From: Phoronis australis
Taxonomy: Eukaryota > Animalia > Phoronida
Direction: 5' to 3'
NCBI GenBank assembly: GCA_002633005.1
Contig: NMRA01000351.1
Location: forward strand, 359,258-423,257
Length of the DNA: 64,000 nt
The translations under genes and the position numbers were made by a program. A model generated the notes under the pieces. The model worked only from the letters and a program-made list of their open reading frames with translations, was not told where the DNA came from and did no database searches. Shown piece by piece: positions 1 through 13,100 of this stretch. Positions within the stretch are counted from its first letter, which is position 1. Each line of letters opens with the position of its first letter.

Positions 1-1046
1 TCAGCGCGGTAGATGAGTGACCACAAATCTTTTGTGGGTGCAAAAAAATTCCATGTGAGATCACAACTCATGTCCAGTTACCAACACTAGAAACTTACTT
101 TTGACAAAGACACCGTGAGCAATACAGTAGTACCGAGGCAGCCAGTGACTATATGTCCGTCTATCCACCGTGTGCGTACCATGATTTCAATGATTACGAA
201 TCTCAAGTCATATTTCCACAAACACTTGTAGCTAGTACGTTGCTGTGCCAAGTCAATATTGGAACTTGGCTATCTGATTCATCATACTTTTTATTAAAAA
301 ATCCACCCGATTGGTATGTGTCAACCGCCCTGCCCGGCAGTGTCCCGGCGGTCAACAGTTACCTGCCGTGCATGTGTGCCTGCCAGAGTGTGAGCAAGTT
401 GCACATGGCTTGAGTACATAGGCCTATTGCACTCTGCACACCAGCGACACCGTGGGATTCTTTTGTTCTTGTTTTTTGGGACTTTTCCGGGGCCAGTGTA
501 AGCCTGAGTTATGTGGTGAGTTTTCAGTGAATTTTTTTCAGAGCGGTTGACTGACGGACGGGTCGCCGGTGCCAGTGTTTGTCTCTATACCCGCCCACCT
601 GTCAACATTTTCAGGACATTGAATACCACCCACTGAGATGGACAACCCATAATTTAAATTTTCTGACCGTAACCATGCATGACCCATAAATTTTCAAGCA
701 ACCCGCCATCCCCCCGAGCACCGACGTTCCGCGGGAACAGCCCGGCCCGGCCAGTAACAGCATTTTGGAGAACTGTGAATAAGGCCGGTGCTGAAAATTT
801 CGCGCCCCGGCGTTGGGGCTTGAGGAAGGAGGGAGATGGGGAGGAGGGACTCCGCCGTAATAAGGCCGTGGCCGAGCCGCGGCATGCAGCCAGGGGCCTG
901 CCCATGGCCGCATTAAAGCTTCGGTTCAGCCAACTTTTCCGGCAGACGCCGGTGAGCGGGGGCCTCGGACTCGGCCGGCGAGGACTTGTACTGCCGGAGC
1001 CCAGGACTGGCAAGTGCTGACATCTGTTGATGTTACCCGAAGAAAA

Positions 1047-1069
1047 CCCGGAACTCTTCGTCACGTGAT
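1047..1069 (+). promoter_or_regulatory. ETS (CCGGAA) core and CLEAR-like E-box GTCACGTGAT just upstream of PLEKHF2 ATG
   Basis: cccggaactcttcgtcacgtgat ending 17 nt upstream of the start codon; motif match only. Confidence 0.4.
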
Positions 1070-1085
1070 ATACTACTTGTTCAAG

Positions 1086-1101
1086 ATGGTGGACAGGCTA
1101 G
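1086..1101 (+). CDS. PLEKHF2: PLEKHF2 exon 1 (MVDRL)
   Basis: aagATGGTGGACAGGCTAG|gtagg; family-typical N-terminus, phase 1 fits exon 2. Confidence 0.85.
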
Positions 1102-4100
1102 GTAGGTGTTCACATTTTTGTAACTCGGATAACTTGTGAATAATAACAACATATTTAGAATTAAATTGATCAAAGGTTCCGTATGGTAACACCATTCGCG
1201 TGTTCCAATAGTCTCTAAAATTACGTGTTAAAGCGTCCGAATGACAGCGGTATAGGTGGCGTGTGGAGAGCAAAGCAGAGAAAACCTGATGCGCCTACGA
1301 CGCCTACGTAATCAATGTTATTGACAAGTCAGAGCCAGGGCAGTGTCTTTTGGACGAAAGTTTTACTCCCTAAATCAAAATTTACTTTAAGGTGATAATC
1401 TAATCTATTGATCCCTTCACTATTCCTTACTAAAATGTTCTAGTGACAGTGTAAATAGTCGAGACTCGAGTGTCTGGTGTAATACACAACCATATTTTAG
1501 AAAAGAATGTTTTTTTTACTTGATTGATGTGTCATTGAGACTCTCTGGGGGAGGTAGAACAGGCGTATGGGACTTACCCCTCTAAAGGGTGACTTTTTCA
1601 CCACCAGTTTCCTTACTTTAAACAATTTTGTGTGGTTTCCTTTTAGGTTTTCACCATTTCTGTAATTTTGATGAAATGAAACAAAATGGGACAATATGTC
1701 AATAGTTTTTGAAAACAACAGCTGTACATTATTCAGTAGTGTTGGATTACATCTAGCAAACACTGCAGTTCTTGACACACCTTTAGGTTGTTGTGAAAAC
1801 TATTTTTTTCAGTATTTTGCATACCATGTTCCTTTTTCTTCTATTTCAGTCAACAGTGAAGCAAATAAGAAACGCGTAGCATTTGTTGAACAATGCTTTG
1901 GGACATCAGGACAGGTAAGAATTTTTTAATTCAATATATAATTCAGTTCAAATAGAATCGCCAGTAGGCTGTTTTCAAGCACAGTTTGACAAATTTTTAA
2001 AGCCCCATTCAGCGGCCGGGTATTCCAAAGGATCAAAGGCAAACTTAAATATAGTGCCGATCAAAACTTTAGAGTAACTGTAAAATTTCATTTGTTCTGT
2101 AGACCGACTCTGATTTGATTGCTAATCTGCAGTATTAAAAAGTTTGATTAGTGCACCTCCCAATAACAAGCTGATTATGCTTTTATGACAAATGTTTTTC
2201 ACTTATTTACTTGCAGCCTCTTTGTATAGCTGGTCGTGTTCTGGTTGGTGAAGGGATTCTTGTGAAAATGTGCAGAAAGAAGCCCAAACCAAGACAGTTC
2301 TTTTTGTTTAATGACATTTTAGTCTACGGTAATATTGTCATCAACAAGAAAAAGGTAACTACTAAAATATGTGTATCATAGTTAGAGTCCTGTGCCTGAT
2401 ACCATGTAACAGTCCCAAATAAATACTCTACTTAAGTTCCCTAAATCTTCTGCTTATTTGTGATCTTGTGAAAACACTGATTGTCCTTTCTGATGCTGTT
2501 TTAAGTTTATTACTAAGTCAATGCTTGACTTTGTTACAAATCAAGAACAAAGTCTTCAATTCTCAAAATTATTGGAAGTAAGTAGGGACATTTTCATATA
2601 ATGCCCCTCATTGAAGGATTAAGTCCCTATTTGTATTCACTGACATATGGGCTAAGTTTTTAGTTAGCATTATCAGAAAATGCCATTGGTCTACGAGTTG
2701 GTCATAATAAAGATTATGATAGAAAAAGATAATATCTACGAGGACAGAATGACACAAGTACGCAGAAGATTTAGGAAACTAATTGAATCCCTATTTGGCA
2801 CTGTTTCATGCAACTGGGAATGCATATTTAAAAAGGTTAACTGTAAAGCTCAGTATTCACCTGGTGTCACTGCTGAAACAATGGCCTACTTGTACGAATG
2901 CATGTACGTTTAAGTGTTCCCTAGAAATATCCTACGAGTGTCCCTGATGACAATTAACAAATTTTTCTGCTCTCACTCAGATAATAATGAATACCCTTTC
3001 TTAATTTATAACCACTCAATGAATATCACTGCTAAAGATCTACTAAGATATTGATATAATATTCTTGCTATTGTTATTGTTTTAATTATTATGATATTGT
3101 ATTTTGCAGTACAATAAGCAACACATCATTGCTCTTGAAGACGTCAAGCTACAATCAGTGCAAGATGAAGGCTGTAAGTGTCTTTTTCACAAAGAATCAT
3201 TTACATCTTGTATTGGCATTCTGTTTTTAACACATAGTGCTCTGAGTAGTTTTGGTACTGCATTCAGCAATATGGAAGCTTGACAATATTTTTATATTGA
3301 TACAGAAGTGTGGTCAAACAAAATATCACTGTCATTTCAATAAAAATCCAAATTAATCCTCAAAATTTCATTTACAATCTCTTCACACTTTTGTATCTGG
3401 CTGCTAACTGGTTTTCGGCCGAGGTTTTTTCTCTGACTATAGTGGCTAGATCCACTAACGTTGATCAGTCCCTACTTTGGATTTCCGTAAGATCCCCCTG
3501 GAGTTTTATTGGACTTTATGTCCAAAAAAGAGTATCAAGGGGGGGGGGTGCTTTCGGAAAAAAGTGATGAGATTGTTTCTGAAACTCATAGTGCCACTGG
3601 CAGAGCCATCTTAGGGCCATGTTTTTTTAAGGTAAAGTCGAAAGATCAAGGTTTTACTTTTGCCCACTTAGCTACGAGAAGACTGACAAATCAATGCTTC
3701 TGCTGACAATTGGTCAACTTGAGATATTTTAACATGAACCAAACTGGCAAAAGGATCCAGAGCACCCTTGAGGGCTTTTTGGAATAATGGCTTACTCCTG
3801 GTGGGAGCTCTTTTGGAAATCTTCGGTTTGGTAGTACTTAGCACTTTTCAAATCTTTATTGCAACAAAAATTTCTAATATAAACTGCGACTTAAAATCAA
3901 AGTTTGGCAAAGTTTATTTGGTAAACAGCAGTGTAAACACATCTTACGGACAATATTTTTCTGTATATCAATTCTGTGAAAATTTCTGTTTCATTTCTGT
4001 CTCTTAAAAATCCTGTTTTAATTCCATTTCACTAAAACATTACTTTCTTAACGGGAATAAAATGTGGCGCAATCATTTTGTCAGGCATCGCAGCTCCATT

Positions 4101-7100
4101 TTATAGATAGCTTGCTGCATAGCATGTCGATTATTTCTCAAAATTGGACAAAGAACCGCACCTCCTCTAGAAAAAATGTACAACTACTTGAACACTGATG
4201 GAGTTATTTCCAGAATCGAATTTGATGGATTTTATTTTATAATTTTCGGTAATCAAAAACCAAAAATGTTAGAATTCTGCTACATGTACCTATAATCATG
4301 TTAAATTTTGTTTGAATTGAACTCAACTATCTGAACAGCGTCCATTTCCATTATTGCAGAAAATTATTAGTCCTGTTATATTACTTTTCATTTTCACTAC
4401 CCAGTAATGTGGCAACTCGATGACATCAACTGGGGTGTAACAGATGAATGACTTCCTGTTTCAAAAGTGATACATATCATCTGAGGTCAGATTTACACCC
4501 ATCTTCATTGCTTTTTCCAACATTTTAAAGACCTAACATTCACCAACAAATGTCCCTAACTGTGTGCAACTTTTTCAAAAAAGAGTTTTTTTTTTTTTTT
4601 TTTTTTTTTTAAAGTTTATTTACCCAGAAAGCATATCATTATTGAATAGTAGATACGGCTGGGGTTGGGTAGCCTCAACTACGTATCTTTACAACTTACT
4701 AGAGTATAATACATCATCTTAATTAAACAAATAAGTATCTGGAAATTACTCCTAATGATTGGGCGAATAATTAGCCGAGAATAATATGAAAGGGGGGGAA
4801 ACTCATTCACACTCACATTCACACGATTTAATTAACTTAACTTATGTTTACATTTACGTAGGTGCATATTTATGAAAAGGTAAATTTTCTTAAAATACAA
4901 TAGAAGTGGTTCAAAAAAAGNNNNNNNNNNNNNNNNNNNNNNNNNNNNNNNNNNNNNNNNNNNNNNNNNNNNNNNNNNNNNNNNNNNNNNNNNNNNNNNN
5001 NNNNNNNNNNNNNNNNNNNNNNNNNNNNNNNNNNNNNNNNNNNNNNNNNNNNNNNNNNNNNNNNNNNNNNNNNNNNNNNNNNNNNNNNNNNNNNNNNNNN
5101 NNNNNNNNNNNNNNNNNNNNNNNNNNNNNNNNNNNNNNNNNNNNNNNNNNNNNNNNNNNNNNNNNNNNNNNNNNNNNNNNNNNNNNNNNNNNNNNNNNNN
5201 NNNNNNNNNNNNNNNNNNNNNNNNNNNNNNNNNNNNNNNNNNNNNNNNNNNNNNNNNNNNNNNNNNNNNNNNNNNNNNNNNNNNNNNNNNNNNNNNNNNN
5301 NNNNNNNNNNNNNNNNNNNNNNNNNNNNNNNNNNNNNNNNNNNNNNNNNNNNNNNNNNNNNNNNNNNNNNNNNNNNNNNNNNNNNNNNNNNNNNNNNNNN
5401 NNNNNNNNNNNNNNNNNNNNNNNNNNNNNNNNNNNNNNNNNNNNNNNNNNNNNNNNNNNNNNNNNNNNNNNNNNNNNNNNNNNNNNNNNNNNNNNNNNNN
5501 NNNNNNNNNNNNNNNNNNNNNNNNNNNNNNNNNNNNNNNNNNNNNNNNNNNNNNNNNNNNNNNNNNNNNNNNNNNNNNNNNNNNNNNNNNNNNNNNNNNN
5601 NNNNNNNNNNNNNNNNNNNNNNNNNNNNNNNNNNNNNNNNNNNNNNNNNNNNNNNNNNNNNNNNNNNNNTTTTTTCTAAACCGTAAGAATCTGCAGGAGA
5701 TAGCTTTTTATGTATTGGTAAATTAAAAAGGTCGTTTGGATACGTTCTTTCGACGTTGCATTCTTTAATATCGGAGTAAAGTTTTTTGTAATAGTTCACT
5801 TGCATATTCCGTATGCATGCTGCATCATGTATAATTTTAGCACCATCTTTAAGGGCGTTAATATGTTTTTGCTTGCTGTGGCGCACCTCTAGGTTTTTGA
5901 AATATTTTCCATTCTCGCCTTGTTCTGCCCATTGTGCTTTACTACGCAGGATCGAGCCCTTAATTTTTTGGGTCTGGATAATTTGCAAATCAATTTTGGC
6001 TTTTTGTAAATCTTTTTTTAATTCCTCTGAAGGATCGTTTTCCACCTTGGCTGTCAAAGCGTTAATTTTTTCTATTAAAACAATTTCGTCAGAGCGGGTC
6101 TTCTTTGCAACCTCTTTTGCAAAAGAGATTGAAGTTTTCCTTATTTCCATTTTAAAAAAGAGTTGTTTGTCTGTATCTTTATCATGTTGTTGGAATTTTG
6201 TTTACTAAGTATGTTGCTCTTGCGTGATGTCGGTTTGATTGATTGATTGATTGTTTGTTTTTTTGTTTGTTTGTTGTTTTTTGTACAATGCAGGCTGCAG
6301 TGTTAGATGTGATTGACATGTCATCTACATGAATCAAAGTATTACATTCTGAACTTGCCTGTGTGCTATCAAGTTTCATATAATCAGACATGTCTTGGCA
6401 GACTGTGTTCACTAAATGTGTGTCAAACTAGATAATAACTATGTACTGACTGTGCACAATGGCCAATATTATAAGCTTCCTTTTTTGACTATTAACATTG
6501 TATTTTAATGTCCTCTGTACATGTACTTGTCATAGCGTTGCAGATTATTCTTTGATGAGATGACTTTCATAGTTATTTTTAGAACTTGCAGTAAATAGAT
6601 CATAAGTGGATTGCTCCTTACTCAAATTTCTTGATCTGAATCCAGACTTGGTGCACACTTCTACTTATTTATTTATCCCCAGTTTTGTTGCAGCTATGAA
6701 TATACTTTTATAGCATTAAACAACAATTTCAGTTTAGTGTGAAACCTGAAATTGATACACGCCTAAAAGAAGTCATTCTCTTTCAAAAGTTATCCAAGTG
6801 TGTCATGTTTCAACTCTGGTTTAGTTCGCATAATCATTCATTTGGTAAACTCTGTGCCATTGTACTATCCTCAACATATTGGAAGTTTTGTGAGGTCTCA
6901 CAGAGGAAGTATCATGAAGTTTCACTTCAGCATAAAACAAATCCCTTCTACTTCCTGCCCAATCTAACAAAATACCAGGAAACGCTGATTTCTGGTCATG
7001 GTAGTAGTCACTTCAAAGCTGCATTTCGTTGTTTACTTTTAATTCTAAAAAGTGAAATACCTTATCATTCTCATAAAATCTGCCTATTCCTTACAGTGAC

Positions 7101-10100
7101 AGGATTCTAGTCATAGGCAATGAGTGCATGCAAAATTTTCAAGTTTGCATTATATTGAGTTGTCCAAACATTAATAAGCTCTGAAGGATTTTCTTGTAGT
7201 AGAATCCTATGTTAAGGAATATTATGAGACCAATTTTATTAGAGTAAAAGGCCTATTGTAATTAATAGATTTTTGTTTTTTAGCCCCCAAAATTGGGTGA
7301 CGGCTTGACGTTATTAAAATTGCCAGGTCGAATATTGTGACCTAGCCAAAATCCCAGTGGTCCGAGGACCAAAAAGTTGAAAAGTTACCATTTGTATGAA
7401 GAGAAGAAAAAAAGTTCGCTAACCACAATTTTGCATCTAGTACCCGTTTATTTGCAATAGCTGGGTTTAGGGAACATCGACCTTAGTGTTCTTTTGAACT
7501 TGGATTTGGCAACAACCAAATAACGGTCGGATTAAAGTTGCGTTATATTATTGCCAGGTATCTGCCCAGAAGTGTAAAAACTCAGCTCACATTCGTTGGA
7601 AATTCCAGGTCGCATTTTGCGACTTGATATAAGCTGATAAAAATCTCAGCTCGCTTTTTCAAATTTCAGGTCGCATATGCGACCTGCAGCTCATTATGTC
7701 GAGCCTAGCTTTCAGCAATATAACCTGCCATTCAACTGAAATTGTCAAATTTTGCTATTTCGAAGTTTTTTACTGCTTGACTGTTTTTCATGGCTACACG
7801 AGTAAAATTGCATCATGCTAAAGAATGTTTTGTATGTGTTAGTGGCCTAGTTTGACTTTGGGTTTCTGAACAGCTGAACAGGAAGGAGTGTGAAGATAAA
7901 GTGTTGTTCATTAGTGTGAGGTCTTGCTGTATGTTCAGCGTAGTGAAATCTTAGCTGTATACATAATATACATAATAGATATGTTTTTTCAGCACTTTCA
8001 AATGGCTGGCAAATAATCAGCCCCAGCAAATCATTCACAGTGTATGCAGCAACAGCCACAGAAAAGTCTGAGTGGATGGCCCATATTAACAAGTGTGTGC
8101 AAGACCTCATCACCAAAAGTAAGGTTTACACAATCAGTTCTACTCCTGCAAGCTTGGGTTCTGTTTTCTGAGTGCAGTGCACCCATGATTACTATGGCAT
8201 TGACCCGACATGTATCACGTTATTGAACGTAGTAGTCGTGTCAACAATTCAACTCGGGACTTAGTTTTAAAAGCCTGAATTCAAGCTATGTGGAATAGAC
8301 CCAATTCTAAAGCTCGACGTGTTACTGGACCAGGTGCAGATCCAGGGTCATGACCTGAGTGGAGAGGGAGGGTTCTGACATTCGGAAGGCAGAGGGGTAT
8401 ACTTCTGACCAGAGTGGTGAGAGGGAGTTCTGACATTGGACAGACAGTCGGGGGGGTACACTTCTGACCGGAGTGGGGATGGGTACACTTCTGACTGGAG
8501 TGGGGATGGGTACACTTCTGGCCAGATTGGGGAGTGGGAGTGGGCTCAGACTGGGCACGCAGAGGGGTACTTTTCACATTCCTCCATTCTATCAATAATA
8601 TGCAACAGTGGCCAAACAGGCAATCCAAACCACCTGCACTGTGCCTCTAGGTCCACGTGAGATTTAAAATGCTGTCACTATTGTTGCAGAACAGTTAAAA
8701 ACTAACATAATGCCATACTTTTGCTCATGTACACCTGTATCCAACGAGCTGTTCAATATTTAGAAAAATAATAACTTCCAGATTTAGTATACACTATGGA
8801 AGGTTAAAAACAACTACCTTTGACTTGCTAATTTGCAGTCAATTCTGATTAGTGTCTTTTCTCGTAGTGACAATTTTGTTTAATTCACCTTCATCTCTGT
8901 CTACAAACTAGTTTATCTTTGTGAAGTGTTTTAGTTAAAGAACAGCATTTGGCAATTTTCAACTGCCAGTTCAAATGCATTTGCGCCACAAAGTGGCTGT
9001 TTTCACTGTTTTCAATCCATCTCTCTATCAACCAAACAACTCTTAAGATGATTATGACTTAAGTTTACAATGATTTCAGACAGCTCTGACTACTGTGGCG
9101 CCTCATAGTGGCAGTTTTGATTTTGAGTCTCTTACAAGGACTTTGTTTATTGTAATGTATGGTGGGTGTGCACATCAATGGTTTGTGCTGCTTTTCTTAT
9201 ACATTGATGAGCTCTATGTAAGACTTAACTAGATAATTTTTTTCTATTCTCATTTCAGAAGGTAAAAAACAAACTGTTGACGATTCACCTGTCTGGGTAC
9301 CTGACTGTGAGGCTAACACCTGTATGCACTGCCGTAAATCAGAGTTTAATATTGTCAACAGAAGGGTACGTAGATCATCAGCCAATGGTTGAAATTTGGC
9401 ATGTAACAATGTCTGCATGCTGTAGGTTCACCCATGACATGTCTAGAACAACAACTTTATTACTTGATTTTAAAGTTCAAGTTTATGTCACGTGTCACAC
9501 TCATTAATAGATCAAGTGGATTAGTCATTTTTTATCCGTTTTTGTGAACAGACGATGACAACTTTAGGACGAATGTGCCATCTAGTGACAAGCTTTTGGA
9601 TTTCTATCTACCAATCACTTTTTATGCGCCCACATATTTATATGTGGACGCATTATGCCGTCATCTCCGTCCGTTCGTCCGTCCGTCCTGGCGGCGTCCG
9701 GCGTCCGCTGCTCTATCTCCAAAACCCTTTGACATACGTTCATGAAATTTGGTACATATGTTCCATTCATGAATGGGACGGCATGTGCGAACTTTCGGAC
9801 GGATCCGACTACCGGTGTGCCCCCTAGTGGCAATTTTAGTTTTTTACGCTTACCTTTGTATCTTCAAAAGTATTGAACGGATTTTCATGAAATTTGGTAT
9901 GTAGGCACCTATTAGTGAGATGACGCTATCCTACTGTTTTCAGATGGATTCGACGTAGTTTGCGCCACCTAGTGGCCATTTTTACTGTTTTCGAGTCTGT
10001 ATTTTTGCGTCCACCCCTCTATCAACCAAACCGCTCAAAGGATGATTGTGAAAATTGGCGTGTATGTGCTTACTATAAGGAAGACAGCTGACAATGATTT

Positions 10101-13100
10101 TCAGACGATTTGGACTTCTGTGGCGCCTCCTAGTGGCAGTTTTGTTTTTTTGCGCCCATGGCTGTATCTCCCAAACCGTTCGCAGGATCTTTACTAAATT
10201 TAGCAAGTGTATTTATGTGATGTTGACAACGGACGATGACGACTTTAGGATGATTCTGATTACCGGTATGCCTCTAGTGGCAATTTTAGTATTTGCCTCT
10301 AGTGGCAATTTTAGTATTTTACATTGACCTCTGTATTTTCATAGGTCTTCAGGTGTATACTTTGTGTTACTTCGTGACTATGAAGGAAAAGTTCCAAGTA
10401 GAAATTTGTTTCTGGCATTCTAATGCTGTGCTAATCTCGTATGTTGGTAAATTTGTTTTTAATTCTATGTTTCTGTGGTGCTTTAAGCAACTGGTGTATA
10501 GGATGTGCTTGTATTATGAAGATTACTCACATTTTGCCCCTAGCCTATTGAGGAGACAATGACCATGCCTTTCCATTTTGCTAAGTACAACATACTACAT
10601 ATATGCCCTCTACTGGCCACTTTATGGTACCAATAAACAACCCTAGAAGGATACCGTATGCGGTGCAATTGTGGGCGCATTTCAACGCTCTGCGTTGCTC
10701 TTGTTGAATCTTTTTGAAATTTGGCAGATGTATTCCTCTCAAGGAAGTGATGCATGCCATGAATTTTTGGTGTCTAGTCGGCTACTGTTATGCTCTCCTA
10801 GCAGAAATCTCACCATGCAACAGTATTGTGTTATTGCCATTAGGGTGGAGAATGGCAAACTAATACCAAGTAAAGTAATGATTAACAAATGAACGCAGCA
10901 GTGTACAACTGTGGTGCAACGCCCAATGGGTGTACGGCATTGAGGGTACATACTGCACAATGAGAGAGCGTATTGTAGTAGTATTCTGGGAGGTGGCCGT
11001 TCCTGTTGATGAATGTTAGAGCTCAGAACTGATTCACTATTTTGACAGAATAACGTTTTTGTAGATTCAACTATGCAGTGTGTGTGCCATGGTCACAAAA
11101 CTGTGATTTCTTTCCAGCACCACTGCAGGAAGTGCGGCATTCTCGTCTGCGGCCCTTGCTCCGACAAAAAGTGGTTGTTTCCTCAACAGTCTTCCAAGCC
11201 CCAGCGAGTCTGCTTGTCATGTTTTGACAAACTTTCGTCATCATTGGGATCGGACGGTGAGAGTTCTGTCTCTTTTCTCAACTCAGTCATACTAGTCACT
11301 TTTGGGATCACGATATGTCTAAAGTGTTAATAAAACATTGAAGCGACTAAGACAATGTACAGCACTGTGTTTGATGTAACATATTCATATTTATGTGCAC
11401 GTTGTAGTTATTGCTGATCTCATAGTTTCATTTTCAACGACAACTGACAATGGTTTGTCCTCCACGTGTGCAATAATTTAAAAAAGGTCATTAACTTTCT
11501 GCTTAGTGAAATTTCCAAGGACGTTTGTACGGATAATTTTCAAATCATTTTGTACCTAGTTTCCATTTAGGTTTTCACAATAATGCCAAAACATTAAGTT
11601 TTTTATTCTATAGTACGTTATGAGAAACTTTGCAATTACACAACGTCAATGATATAATGCAATGGCATGATGTAATAAATTATGTGATAAATTATCTGAA
11701 GCTCATTGTCTTGTATGAACAGCTGCCAAGGCACCATTACTGTGTGTTATTGAAACTGTCCAATGACTTTGTTGTCAGATATAAAGGCACAAGACTTTGT
11801 TGGTGAGGCTGGTGATTCCTCTGGTGACGACTCCTCGGATGATGATGAGCGCCCTATGGAGGACAGCAACAACTGTGAGGTGAATCAATCAGAAACAACG
11901 TATAGATTTTGAATGAACTTAGTGAAACAACATGATGGTGTTTCATGGACTTAAACGTCTGTGCTGTCAGTATGTTAAGTGCTATAACATCCAAATAATT
12001 TTCCAAAATGGTTCTGTACAGTTATAATTAACGAAATTTCAATGTTGTTTGTATCCTGCGCATGTCTTTTACAAAAGCGAACTCTGGAAAATAAGGAAAG
12101 ATCTCTAATTATCAAACACAACATTGTGGTTTGGATCTCCATCCTACATGTACACAACGTGTCCTTATCGACTGAATGCCCCGAAAGTCCTTCACAAAGC
12201 AAAAGTGTCTCATTTTGTGACACAGAGACTCATTCGGAACACCTCAGGTATCTTCGTAGCCTTAAACTATCCCTTGGAGGTGTTTCTCTGCATGCGTAAA
12301 CTAAGTCATTTAAGTAACTCGTGTTACTCTCAAAATAGTGAATGACGTGGAATGCTGGAGGTTGTACCCCTGTAATATCCGCGTACAAATTAGAATGAAC
12401 AGTGCATCAGTGAAAGGATTAAGACCATGGCCATTATGTACAGCTTTTGTGGCCTGCTAGGCTTAATCTAGGGTTTCAATCATCTCTTGACCAAATCCTT
12501 TTGCTGAGATGATTAAACTGTGCACATGGACATAATATGAAATACATTTGACGGATAATTTGAGTTAAGAACAATACCCTAAGGTGTTTTGGATCACAGA
12601 GACTGTCAATGCCTTCTAAGTTCTGAGGAAGCACTATCAATTTTGCGGAAAGTTTCTGAAATATCCTTGGTATCCCTAGGAAGGGTACTTTTTAAAGCCA
12701 AATTAAAGTGCTCTTCTGTGCCACCCTCTGGGAAGTAAAAATGTTGCTAGGTGGCAGTACTACCCATCCATCAAATGTGACTTGTAAAGCATGACTTTGC
12801 GGTCTGAAAAAATTAAATGATGTCCTTAAATACTTTTATGATATCACAAGACATTATATGCTCATTGAACTTTCATCCAAAAATGTCATTGCTGCAGTGA
12901 ATAATGATATGGCAATAAAAATAGTTTGCATTTATTTAGAGCATCACCATGCCTTAGCACAGTCCAGGCTTGGTGGCTGCTCTCAGTGAAAAAAGTACAA
13001 AGTTACTGTCAATTATGAAAATATAAATGAGTCTGGGTAATGTCTTGGGAAATGCTCTACAAATCAAATTTACATATGTGCTATATTTACTTATACATAT

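Noticed and set aside
611-1064. Overlapping 100-136 aa ORFs
   Set aside because: Expected in GC-rich DNA; no recognisable domain or supported splice structure.
4870-5679. Long ORFs of 426 aa and 257 aa
   Set aside because: Their length comes from the N run; only the minus-strand 5670-6150 part is informative (LINE).
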